This document shows, in pieces, positions 1-8,221 of a stretch of 32,000 nucleotides of DNA (position 1 is its first letter; each line of letters opens with the position of its first letter). This DNA comes from Bacteriovoracaceae bacterium UBA6200. Its GTDB lineage: Bacteria; Bdellovibrionota; Bacteriovoracia; Bacteriovoracales; Bacteriovoracaceae. The position numbers were made by a program, and so were the translations under genes. The stretch spans positions 195,949 to 227,948 of the forward strand of contig DISW01000023.1 in NCBI GenBank assembly GCA_002422605.1, written 5' to 3'. The notes beneath the pieces were generated by a model that did not search any database, had not been told where the DNA came from, and saw only the letters and a list, made by a program, of their open reading frames with translations.

Positions 1-423
1 CTTAATGACGAGCTCAATCAGCTCCTTTTGGGTGATCTTTTCCTTACTTAGCTTCTCGCACCCCACGGATTCAATCTGATCAGTGATGATTGAGAGCTTC
101 ACATGTTGAGGCCAGAGATTATCCTGATTATTGCTTCCACCAGCGCAAAGAGGGATAAAATGATCGATTTTATACATGCTTCGGTCTCCCGTTAAACGGT
201 AACCGAGGTCTCTTTTGTAAGCGATGAAGATGGCTTCTTTAAGAAAGGAATTCACGTTCCTTTCGCAGTAAGGAATCTGCTCTGGATGCCGGTAACGGTC
301 GGGTTCAGTGCAAAGAGAACCAGGAGTTAAGCCTGGATCTGGGGCCAGGGGATAGGCCAAAGGTCGGGCCGCCTGGGCCATCATAGTAAAGGTCATCAGG
401 AACATGAGGAGGGTAGTTTTCAT
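1..423 (-). CDS. Secreted HNH-family endonuclease-like protein; C-terminus cut by the window edge, N-terminal 141 aa present
   Basis: Absent from the ORF track because there is no stop codon inside the window. Reverse translation from the ATG at 423-421 gives MKTTLLMFLMTFTMMAQA (signal peptide), then DHFIPLCAGGSNNQDNLWPQH, an HNH-type DH..PL..GGSN...NLWP motif. The frame stays open to base 1. Confidence 0.6.
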   Translation of the reverse strand, partial: MKTTLLMFLMTFTMMAQAARPLAYPLAPDPGLTPGSLCTEPDRYRHPEQIPYCERNVNSFLKEAIFIAYKRDLGYRLTGDRSMYKIDHFIPLCAGGSNNQDNLWPQHVKLSIITDQIESVGCEKLSKEKITQKELIELVIK

Positions 424-527
424 AGTGGTGGATAATGCATTTTTTGAAGGATTCCGGAAATAGGGCATGTAGAATTGTCATAGTCATTTCTGATAATCCG
501 TGAGAAAGAGCATAAGAAAAAAGAGAG

Positions 528-758
528 ATGAGTATGGAAGACGGAGTATTTTTAAATAAAGAAGATAAACAAAAATTAGCGGGGCTTCTTAAAGAACTTG
601 AAGTGCTCAAAAGAGAACACAAAGGCTTTGCCGCCAATAAAGTGAAACTCACTCCAGAAGAACGAGAACAGTGGCGAGTTAATTCTCAGAGAACGAATCA
701 AGTTCATATAGAAGTAAAAGAATTACGCCTCAAAAATATTTTCGAAGCAGGACGATAG
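528..758 (+). CDS. Small charged hypothetical protein (76 aa), probably coiled-coil
   Basis: ORF track entry in an otherwise non-coding gap. K/E-rich heptad-like sequence. No recognisable motif and only a weak RBS. Confidence 0.4.
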   Translation: MSMEDGVFLNKEDKQKLAGLLKELEVLKREHKGFAANKVKLTPEEREQWRVNSQRTNQVHIEVKELRLKNIFEAGR

Positions 759-759
759 C

Positions 760-1989
760 TTAAAAAAGGATCACTCCTGCTGCCGCTCCTAAAATCATTG
801 CCATTAGCCCTAATCCAACAAGCAGACAATATTTTTTGCCTCCACTAAAGTAGGCAAGGAAAATTTTGGCCCCCGTACTGGAAATAAGAAGACCAACTAC
901 ACCCCATTTTGCCGTTATCAGATCAAAAGCTCCATTGTCAGTTAATTGGCCCAGAGTCGTGGCCGCTGCATGGATTTCTGCCATTGCCACCAGTATGAGG
1001 GTTGCAAGGGCGCCTTTGGCACCATAAAGATCATTTAACCACGCAGCTAGAAGCGAAACACCAGCAATGACTCCTGCTATAAAAAGAGCATGGGAGAGCT
1101 TAAAAATATGCCCAGAACCAGGTTTTGTGTCCACCCCATTGGGGCGATAGCGGATAAGTAAAAAGCCCGAGAAAAGGATTAAACAGATCGTTGCCAGTAA
1201 GAAGGGAGCAATCATGGCCCTGAGTAATTGGGGAGACACTGTTGCAATAATTCCGATAAATAAAATGAGAGAAGCAAGATTTGCGAGTAAGGCGGCAGCA
1301 GCTGCCGGGAAGAGGAGGTGACCATCATTCTTAAGCCTTTGTCCAAAACTTGCGGTGGCCGCTGTAGAGGAAGCAAAGCCGGAGAAAAAACCTGCAATAG
1401 GAAGTCCTAGTTTCACTCCGAGTGTTCGATGAGCGATGTGCCCAAGCATTCCAGAGGCCATGACCAGGATAACAATATTCCAAATTGTATTAAGCCTAAG
1501 GACACCCCAGCTATCAATGGCCTTTTCAGGAAGAATGGGGAGCACAATCACGGCCGATGCAAGGAGAAGAAGCCCATCACTTAATTCTTGCTCGCTAATA
1601 AGTTCCCGGGTGAGTCGATGGAGGAATCCCTTGGCCTGAATTAAAATGGCACACAGAACTCCAAGGCCGCTTGCCAGAGGAATGTTCTCACGCGCAAAAG
1701 CGGAAAGTATAAAGGTTAAGATAATAGTGACTTCACCTGTTAAACCCGGATCTTTGTGGGCGGTGTATAGATAACTCGCAACTGCGAAAACGCCGACGAT
1801 GACAAGAGTAACAGTAAAGGGAATTAATCCAAGACTCCAGCTTACTGCTCCAAGAATAGAAATAAGTGCATGGGTCCTGATTCCTGCACCTGTGCTATTA
1901 GGAGCGTGTCTTCTTTCCCGGACGACTCCGATCAAGAGCCCAATGCCTAAGGCCGTTATGAGTTCTCTTAAATTCGCATCATGCAGCAT
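760..1989 (-). CDS. MgtC/SapB-like N-terminus plus DUF4010-type polytopic membrane protein
   Basis: ALGIGLLIGVVRERRH motif followed by many TM segments. I moved the start from 2049 to the ATG at 1989 (MLHDANLRELITALG...) because the longer ORF would overlap the divergent selO start. Confidence 0.7.
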   Translation of the reverse strand: MLHDANLRELITALGIGLLIGVVRERRHAPNSTGAGIRTHALISILGAVSWSLGLIPFTVTLVIVGVFAVASYLYTAHKDPGLTGEVTIILTFILSAFARENIPLASGLGVLCAILIQAKGFLHRLTRELISEQELSDGLLLLASAVIVLPILPEKAIDSWGVLRLNTIWNIVILVMASGMLGHIAHRTLGVKLGLPIAGFFSGFASSTAATASFGQRLKNDGHLLFPAAAAALLANLASLILFIGIIATVSPQLLRAMIAPFLLATICLILFSGFLLIRYRPNGVDTKPGSGHIFKLSHALFIAGVIAGVSLLAAWLNDLYGAKGALATLILVAMAEIHAAATTLGQLTDNGAFDLITAKWGVVGLLISSTGAKIFLAYFSGGKKYCLLVGLGLMAMILGAAAGVILF

Positions 1990-2041
1990 ATGTAAAGTAT
2001 CCTTCGTATTCTTACCGTAAATTATATTATAGGCTCTTTGA

Positions 2042-3469
2042 ATGAGCACTTTTAGTTTTGAAAACTCTTATTTAAATCTCCCTTCAGCCTTTTATGAAAG
2101 AGTTCGCGCTGAACAATTTTCAAGGCCAGAGCTTCTCCAGTTTAATCATGAACTGGCCAAATCTCTGGGATTTCCGTCCAGAGAATTTTCCACAGAGGAG
2201 CTGGCAAATTTTTTTGCGGGTCAAAAACTTCTTCCCGGAAGTAAACCTATTGCCCTGGCTTATGCAGGATTTCAGTTTGGTCATCCAGTTCCGGTTTTAG
2301 GAGATGGACGAGCGATGCTTCTAGGGGAATTAAAGGGCTTTGATGTGCAGTTAAAAGGCTCAGGCAAAACTCCCTTTTCACGAAGAGGAGATGGACTAAG
2401 TGCTTTAGGTCCTGTGGTTCGAGAGTATCTTGTAAGTGAAGCGATGTTCGTGTTGGGCGTTCCTACGACCCGGGCACTTGCGGCAGTAAGAACAGGGGAA
2501 GAAGTTTTTAGGCAATTTGGACCGGAGCCCGGAGGTGTCTTTACCCGTGTGGCCGGTAGCCACATCCGAGTGGGAACCTTTCAGTATTTTTCATTTAAAA
2601 AGGATCTCTCCTCTTTAAAAATCCTTCTCGACTATACAATTAAGCGCCATTACCCGGAATTAAGTCATCTCTCAAATCTAAGAGAGAAGTGCTTAAGTCT
2701 TTTGAAAGCCTTTTCATTAAGGCAAGGAAATCTCATCGCCCAGTGGAGTGGTTTGGGTTTTATTCATGGAGTGATGAATACCGACAACTGCTTTCTCTCT
2801 GGTGAGACTGTTGATTATGGGCCATGTGCTTTCATGGATGAGTTCCGCTTTCATAAAGTTTTTAGCTCTATTGATGAAAGAGGTCGTTATTCCTTTTTTA
2901 ATCAAGTTCCCATTATCCAGTGGAATATTTTACGGCTGGCCGATTGCCTCATTCCGCTTATATCAGATGATGAGAAAGAGGCGATAACTCTGGTCGAAAA
3001 AGAAGTGATCCCTCTTCTGGAAGAGTTCCCTCAAATGCGCACCAGAGAGTTCGCAAAAAAACTAGGGATCCATGATTTTAAAGCGGAAGATGAAAGTTTG
3101 GTGATGGATTTTTTAACTTTTCTTGAAGAAGAGTCAATGGATTTCACTTTGAGTTTTAGAAATTTAACTAAGCTTTATGAAGGGGATTTTTCCTTCTATG
3201 GTGAATCCCGGAAGATCAAGGATTTTACATCGAAGTGGCTGGCGAGAAATCCCAAAACCGAAAACTTGGACCAACTCAATCCTCTCTATATTCCTCGGAA
3301 CCATCTGGTTCAAAAAGCGATTGAACTCTCTTACAAAGGAGATGATTCATTCTTTAAGAGGTTTAACGAGGTCTTAAGAAAACCATTTGAAGAACGGCCT
3401 GGATGTGAAGAATTTACCCTTCCTCCTCAGGAGAGTGAGAAAGTTCTTAGAACATTTTGCGGAACGTGA
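2042..3469 (+). CDS. selO: Protein adenylyltransferase SelO (YdiU/UPF0061 family)
   Basis: FQFGHPVPVLGDGRAMLLGE, LKGSGKTPFSRRGDG, REYLVSEAM, HIRVGTFQ and HGVMNTDN motifs. The length and the C-terminal ...FCGT are typical of bacterial SelO. Confidence 0.85.
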   Translation: MSTFSFENSYLNLPSAFYERVRAEQFSRPELLQFNHELAKSLGFPSREFSTEELANFFAGQKLLPGSKPIALAYAGFQFGHPVPVLGDGRAMLLGELKGFDVQLKGSGKTPFSRRGDGLSALGPVVREYLVSEAMFVLGVPTTRALAAVRTGEEVFRQFGPEPGGVFTRVAGSHIRVGTFQYFSFKKDLSSLKILLDYTIKRHYPELSHLSNLREKCLSLLKAFSLRQGNLIAQWSGLGFIHGVMNTDNCFLSGETVDYGPCAFMDEFRFHKVFSSIDERGRYSFFNQVPIIQWNILRLADCLIPLISDDEKEAITLVEKEVIPLLEEFPQMRTREFAKKLGIHDFKAEDESLVMDFLTFLEEESMDFTLSFRNLTKLYEGDFSFYGESRKIKDFTSKWLARNPKTENLDQLNPLYIPRNHLVQKAIELSYKGDDSFFKRFNEVLRKPFEERPGCEEFTLPPQESEKVLRTFCGT

Positions 3470-3522
3470 ATAATTTACCTCCTTAAGTTGTGAACAGCTC
3501 AGGAAAGTATTAGATTCCTCTC

Positions 3523-4350
3523 ATGCAGCTCTTATTTGCCATCTTTCTTTTAATCAGCTCTTCTGGATATGCCAGTATCTTTGATACGGATGACCGGGTT
3601 GATACCAAATACTCTTCCATTGAGTCCCAGGAACTGGCGCGGTCTGTGCCAGCTTTGATCCCCAAGAGGAATGTATCAAGATTGCCTGATGGGAAGTATA
3701 AACTCTCAGGCATGCCCCTCAAGAGCTATGGCATTTGCAGCGATGAAGCTTTTGCGGAAGAGTCGATTATCGCAAACTGTAGCGCAAGCTTTATTGGTGG
3801 AGATAGAATCCTTACGGCGGGACATTGCCTTAATCCTGATAACAATACCTGTGAAACCTACAATGTGGTTTTTGATTATGTGAAAGGGACAGATACTTTT
3901 GATCCTTCACAGGTCTATCACTGCAAAAAAGTTCTCTTCAGAGAATTTGATGAAACCCTGGTGGGAATTGATCTTGCGATCATTCAGCTCGACCGAAAAG
4001 TCACTGATCGGGAACCGATTGAATTGGACCTTGGGCAAAATCTTCGTTTAAATGATCCTCTGACTCTCATTGGTTATCCTTTGGGAATTTCTCAGAAGGT
4101 AGTAGAAACCGGTAAGGTCACATCTCTTGATAAAAAGAACGTCTCCTTTCATCATGACCTGGATAGCTTCTCGGTTAATTCGGGAAGCCCCATCTTCTCC
4201 TCCAAGGGAAAGCAAGTAGGGGTTATGGTCAGAGGAACCGGGGCCAATCTTGATAGAAGGAATGGCCGCACTTGTGATGAATGGCATATTGATAACGGCC
4301 AGGGCTTTTCGGCCGGCAATGATCTTAGTCCTCTTAAAGACGTTTTATAA
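3523..4350 (+). CDS. Secreted trypsin-like (V8/Glu-specific-like) serine endopeptidase
   Basis: Signal peptide MQLLFAIFLLISSSGYA. Catalytic triad contexts LTAGHC, DLAIIQL and NSGSPIF. Confidence 0.75.
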   Translation: MQLLFAIFLLISSSGYASIFDTDDRVDTKYSSIESQELARSVPALIPKRNVSRLPDGKYKLSGMPLKSYGICSDEAFAEESIIANCSASFIGGDRILTAGHCLNPDNNTCETYNVVFDYVKGTDTFDPSQVYHCKKVLFREFDETLVGIDLAIIQLDRKVTDREPIELDLGQNLRLNDPLTLIGYPLGISQKVVETGKVTSLDKKNVSFHHDLDSFSVNSGSPIFSSKGKQVGVMVRGTGANLDRRNGRTCDEWHIDNGQGFSAGNDLSPLKDVL

Positions 4351-4600
4351 GATGATAACCAAATTGGGTTTTTACAATTCCTGAAACTTCATTGGGCTGT
4401 AACTTGAGAAGGGCCTTTTCAAAGGCCGGTACCATTCTTCCTTTTGGAAATTCTCCCAGGTCTCCACCTTGCTTAGAAGAAGGACAAATAGAAAAATCCT
4501 GTGCCAACTCCTCAAAGGTTTTCCCCTCAGACAGCTTCCTCAGAATGTCTTTTGCCTCGTATTCATGCTGAACTAAAATGTGTTTGGCTTTAAAATTCAT
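4334..4600 (-). CDS. ppiC: Parvulin-type peptidyl-prolyl cis-trans isomerase
   Basis: 88 aa. HILV..., GGDLGEF..G.MVPAFE and FGYHLIK are characteristic of PpiC/Par10. Confidence 0.85.
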   Translation of the reverse strand: MNFKAKHILVQHEYEAKDILRKLSEGKTFEELAQDFSICPSSKQGGDLGEFPKGRMVPAFEKALLKLQPNEVSGIVKTQFGYHLIKRL

Positions 4601-4604
4601 GAGC

Positions 4605-4970
4605 TCATTTTAAACTATTCTCATCTCTTAAGGAAGAGACTCCGGCCCGCCATGGAAGCTTCCCTTCTAATTCTATTCCGAGTGAAAAACTCAAAAAGGT
4701 TCTGATCACCACGATAAGCCCTAATATGGCCACACTTTCAATGCTTGGTTTAATGGCCACAGTTGCAATGATGTCTGCTGCCACTAAAAACTCCAACCCT
4801 AAGAGAATGGAACGACCAAGTTGTTTTCTAAAAGCTTCATAGGATGATTCAGTTGCCTTGCGGTAGTGCTTTAAATAGGTAAAGGTCGCAAAAATTGCCC
4901 CACCCATGATAACAATCACACCCGCAATTTCGATTCCTTTTGTCGAATAGTGGATGAACTCTTCAAACAT
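4605..4970 (-). CDS. DUF1622-type small membrane protein
   Basis: LGLEFLVAADIIATV motif and TM helices. I chose the ATG at 4970, preceded by AGAGGA at 6-nt spacing, over the TTG at 4988 in the ORF track. Confidence 0.65.
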   Translation of the reverse strand: MFEEFIHYSTKGIEIAGVIVIMGGAIFATFTYLKHYRKATESSYEAFRKQLGRSILLGLEFLVAADIIATVAIKPSIESVAILGLIVVIRTFLSFSLGIELEGKLPWRAGVSSLRDENSLK

Positions 4971-4984
4971 AGGACGTCCTCTTT

Positions 4985-5848
4985 TCAATGATAAATAATT
5001 TTTATCAGCCCTTTGGCATCAACCGGTGCCCGAACCTTAGCGTCGTTATCAAAGTAGACATACACGTCCCGTTCAATATGAGGAACCGGGTCGTTTGTTA
5101 TGGTTAAGCGGTCAGAAGGTTCGTCACCTTTCATCCAGGTTTTAATTCTTTTGGCCCAAAAACCAAGAGTCAGTTGATCATAGCCACTTCGATAGAGTTC
5201 TGAATCTCCATGAAGCCTGATGTAGATGAAGTCGGCGGTCAGATCTTCAAGATAAGGCCATCTTCCCGCAGTATCCGCAAAAACGATTGCGACATTATAC
5301 TTTCTTAACAATTCAACAAACCATGGATTAAGGAAACTGACGTTCCGGATCTCTACCGCATGTCGGATTCTAAAATTCTCATCCACTTTTAAATACTGCC
5401 TCTCTTCAGGTATCTCGGCTTTTCTGCCTAATCTTCTGGCCTCTTTAAAATTTCTCGGAAGGAGTTTCAAGAAATTCTCAAACATCTCAGGTTTAAAACT
5501 CATGCTGGGAGGAAATTGCCAGAGTATAGGACCCAGCTTCTCTTTAAGGCTTAATGGACCGCTGGCAAAAAAATTGGCGAGGGGAATTTCAATACTGTTA
5601 AGCCTTTTTATGTGAGTGATATAGCGATTCGCCTTAACCGAAAAAAGAAAACCTGGTGGTGTTTCGTCATACCACCTTTGATAACTCGTAGGTCTTTGTA
5701 GGGCATAAAAAGTGCTATTGATTTCAATACTAGGAAGCTCGCGGCTGGCAAACTGAAGTTCCTTGGCAGCGGAGAGTTTAGGGGGATAAAAGGTTCCCTT
5801 CCATCCATTATATTTCCAGCCTGAAATACCTATTTCCACTTTACTCAT
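4985..5848 (-). CDS. DUF72 (YecE/UPF0759) family protein
   Basis: Family-typical YIRLHG and VYVYFDND...A..A motifs. First gene of a tight minus-strand run with the DUF1622 gene and ppiC. Confidence 0.75.
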   Translation of the reverse strand: MSKVEIGISGWKYNGWKGTFYPPKLSAAKELQFASRELPSIEINSTFYALQRPTSYQRWYDETPPGFLFSVKANRYITHIKRLNSIEIPLANFFASGPLSLKEKLGPILWQFPPSMSFKPEMFENFLKLLPRNFKEARRLGRKAEIPEERQYLKVDENFRIRHAVEIRNVSFLNPWFVELLRKYNVAIVFADTAGRWPYLEDLTADFIYIRLHGDSELYRSGYDQLTLGFWAKRIKTWMKGDEPSDRLTITNDPVPHIERDVYVYFDNDAKVRAPVDAKGLIKIIYH

Positions 5849-5941
5849 AGGATTAAATGGTATCTTCCTTGCATTGGCTTTCCTATAGAGGCCGCACTAC
5901 AATAGTAAGTAAGTTTCTTAGGTATTTAAATTGGAGACTCT

Positions 5942-6370
5942 ATGCATACTATCCTTTCAGAATGTCCTCATTGTCATAGCATCAATAAGCTTGTGCCAGA
6001 GAAGGCAAAGTCACAAAGTCCAGTTTGCGGCAAATGTGGGAAAAATTTAAACCTCCACGGACTTGTTTCTGAGGTAAGTGGTGAAGGATTTAGAAAGATA
6101 TTGAAGAACGCTTCTGGGCCAGTGGTGGTAGATTTTTGGGCCAGCTGGTGCGGACCGTGCCAGATGTATGGACCTGAATATGAAAAAGCTTCTTTAGGAA
6201 ACCCTGAGGTTATTTTCCTTAAAGTGAATACAGAGACTGAACAGGCCCTCGCTTCCCAGTTCGGAGTCCGGGGAATTCCTTGCACGATCATGTTTAAAGG
6301 AGGAAAAGAAGTTGCCCGACAGGCCGGTGCTATGAATGCCGACCAAGTAACTTCTTTTGTGAGAACTTAG
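5942..6370 (+). CDS. trxC: Thioredoxin 2 type (N-terminal zinc-finger thioredoxin)
   Basis: N-terminal CPHC...CGKCG double CxxC plus the WASWCGPC active site. GGAG RBS upstream. Confidence 0.85.
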   Translation: MHTILSECPHCHSINKLVPEKAKSQSPVCGKCGKNLNLHGLVSEVSGEGFRKILKNASGPVVVDFWASWCGPCQMYGPEYEKASLGNPEVIFLKVNTETEQALASQFGVRGIPCTIMFKGGKEVARQAGAMNADQVTSFVRT

Positions 6371-7509
6371 AAGTAAATAAAACTAACTTCTAAATCGCGA
6401 GTACCATGACCTTCCAGAATCACGGTTGTCTCATAGCCTTCGGCTTTATAATTTAACTTATAGGTCTTATACATGCCGCTAAATTGGCGGGCCAGGAAAT
6501 GGCGAAAGTAATCGAGGTAGGACGAGTGGTAAACTTTCTGAGTGTTTTTATTACTGAGAAGATCACTTAATAGGTTTGAGCGATTCACATCCCGTCGATT
6601 AAAATTAATTTGAAGGCCTTCTCCTTCAATGCCACGTTGCTGGGCCACAATTGCCTTTGTATCGTAATAGAAATTAACTTTGGCCTCTGATTTTGAGGTC
6701 ATCATGCCTTCAATAATATGTCTGGCAGCATTCCAGATGCAGTAATTATGGTTTCCACCAGTAAATGTCACATTCAGTTCATTTTTTGCCTGGAAGACAA
6801 AACGGTTATTACCGGCAGGGGAGACGATGATCGGTATCTCAAGAGGCACATTTACCAGATCACTATCAACTTTATTAGCTGGAAGCTTGGCCGGAATCCC
6901 ATCAAAGAAATGATTGATGTTAACCAGATTGCCCCGATTATTACCAGTTTCTAAAAGAATGATGGATTCGAACTTCTTATCGTTTAAATAGTTTTCCATC
7001 ACCGCGGTTAAACGATTTTGCCAGTCATAGGTCTTATGGGGATGGACATTGATATGGTAGTTCCCGTCCTTAAGTTCATGAGGATAGGCATAAGCAAAAT
7101 TTACTTCGCACAGAATTTTTGTCGTTTCATATTCTGCTGAAAAAGCCTGATCTTTTATGGGACCAAGAAAAAACGAGCGCTGTTTTAGATTACCTGTAGC
7201 GAGGTGTTTATTATCGATCAAAGCGCTATAGGTAATGGTGCGATTCTTTCTTTCCACAGTGAATGTCATCGGAAGAATCTGGTTATCTTTTTCTATCATA
7301 AACTCACGGCTAATATGATTCGCTCCTCTTTGGGTTTCGCCTTTGGGAGTCATGAGCTTAGGAGCTTTGTTATAGTCGTAATAGCAATCCAGATCAAAAT
7401 TCTGATCAGTGTCCAAGTAGGCCTTGGTCACCCTTTCAGCAAAGCTTTGCCCATATAGAGGGGAGACAAGAAGGAGGGTAAAGAGAGGCAGGATGCTTAA
7501 AGTTTTCAT
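6367..7509 (-). CDS. Secreted hypothetical protein (380 aa)
   Basis: Long ORF with a signal peptide (MKTLSILPLFTLLLVSPLYGQS). I could not name any family with confidence. Confidence 0.6.
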   Translation of the reverse strand: MKTLSILPLFTLLLVSPLYGQSFAERVTKAYLDTDQNFDLDCYYDYNKAPKLMTPKGETQRGANHISREFMIEKDNQILPMTFTVERKNRTITYSALIDNKHLATGNLKQRSFFLGPIKDQAFSAEYETTKILCEVNFAYAYPHELKDGNYHINVHPHKTYDWQNRLTAVMENYLNDKKFESIILLETGNNRGNLVNINHFFDGIPAKLPANKVDSDLVNVPLEIPIIVSPAGNNRFVFQAKNELNVTFTGGNHNYCIWNAARHIIEGMMTSKSEAKVNFYYDTKAIVAQQRGIEGEGLQINFNRRDVNRSNLLSDLLSNKNTQKVYHSSYLDYFRHFLARQFSGMYKTYKLNYKAEGYETTVILEGHGTRDLEVSFIYF

Positions 7510-7673
7510 AGGAGCTTCATACTAAAGGTTTCTTCCTACTGCCAATATGAGTGAGATTTTAAGTAAAATTTATAGGTTATCTTTACGTAATTAATGCGGA
7601 GTGTAAGTCATTAAGATTCTTGGATTACCGAGCTTTTGGATGATAGACTTACTTGATAAAAAAAGGATTACTT

Positions 7674-8135
7674 ATGAAAACAACCGTATCTCTTGTTTTA
7701 CTCATGTCTCTTCTTGTGGGTTGCGCTTCTAACAAGGCCGCTCGTCATGACGTTAAGGAAAAAGTCTCTCAGGAACAAGTTTCTGGAGGTAAAGAGTTCG
7801 CGACTAAAATTCGTTCACTTATTAATTCTTCTGAATCTTTAAATAACGATCAGAAACAAAAGCTTCATGCTTTATTATCTGAAGTTGGTCAAAAGAATAA
7901 GGCCCTTTTTCAAGAATCATTCAAACTTCGTTCGGTTTTGGTTCAGGAACTTATTTCAGGAAAGGCCAATCGTAAGCAAGTTAAAATCTTAAAGAAAAAA
8001 ATCAAAAAAGCTGAGAGTGAAAGACTAAGCAATGGCTTCGCAGCAATGGATAAAGTTGCAGACATTGTGTCGAATGATCCTCAGCGCGATAAAATCATGC
8101 AAGAATTTCTTCAAATCGATCATATTCGCGACTAA
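7674..8135 (+). CDS. Lipoprotein, possibly a CpxP/Spy-like (LTxxQ-type) periplasmic protein
   Basis: Lipobox LLVGCAS. SLNNDQKQKL and NRKQVKILK resemble LTxxQ repeats. The ATG at 7674 with an AAAGGA RBS is preferred over the TTG at 7653. Confidence 0.55.
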   Translation: MKTTVSLVLLMSLLVGCASNKAARHDVKEKVSQEQVSGGKEFATKIRSLINSSESLNNDQKQKLHALLSEVGQKNKALFQESFKLRSVLVQELISGKANRKQVKILKKKIKKAESERLSNGFAAMDKVADIVSNDPQRDKIMQEFLQIDHIRD

Positions 8136-8144
8136 TAGTTCTCG

Positions 8145-8193
8145 CCAGGAAAGACTCATGAAGCAGTCTTTCCTGGATTCCTTTCTTTGATTC
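8145..8193 (+). terminator. Rho-independent terminator after the 7674-8135 lipoprotein gene
   Basis: Perfect 12-bp stem CCAGGAAAGACT / AGTCTTTCCTGG (8145-8156 and 8165-8176) with an 8-nt loop, followed by the T-rich ATTCCTTTCTTTGATTC. Confidence 0.7.
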
Positions 8194-8221
8194 AAAAACT
8201 GCCTGTAGTAGAGTATTTACC

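Noticed and set aside
305-652. 115-aa minus-strand ORF in the supplied track
   Set aside because: It overlaps the better-supported HNH-like frame (1-423) out of frame and also runs across the 528-758 ORF. The sequence is low-complexity Ser/Leu/Pro-rich with no motif.
1990-2049. N-terminal 20-aa extension of the MgtC/DUF4010 ORF (start at 2049)
   Set aside because: It would overlap the divergent selO start codon by 8 nt. The family-typical N-terminus begins at the internal Met (1989).
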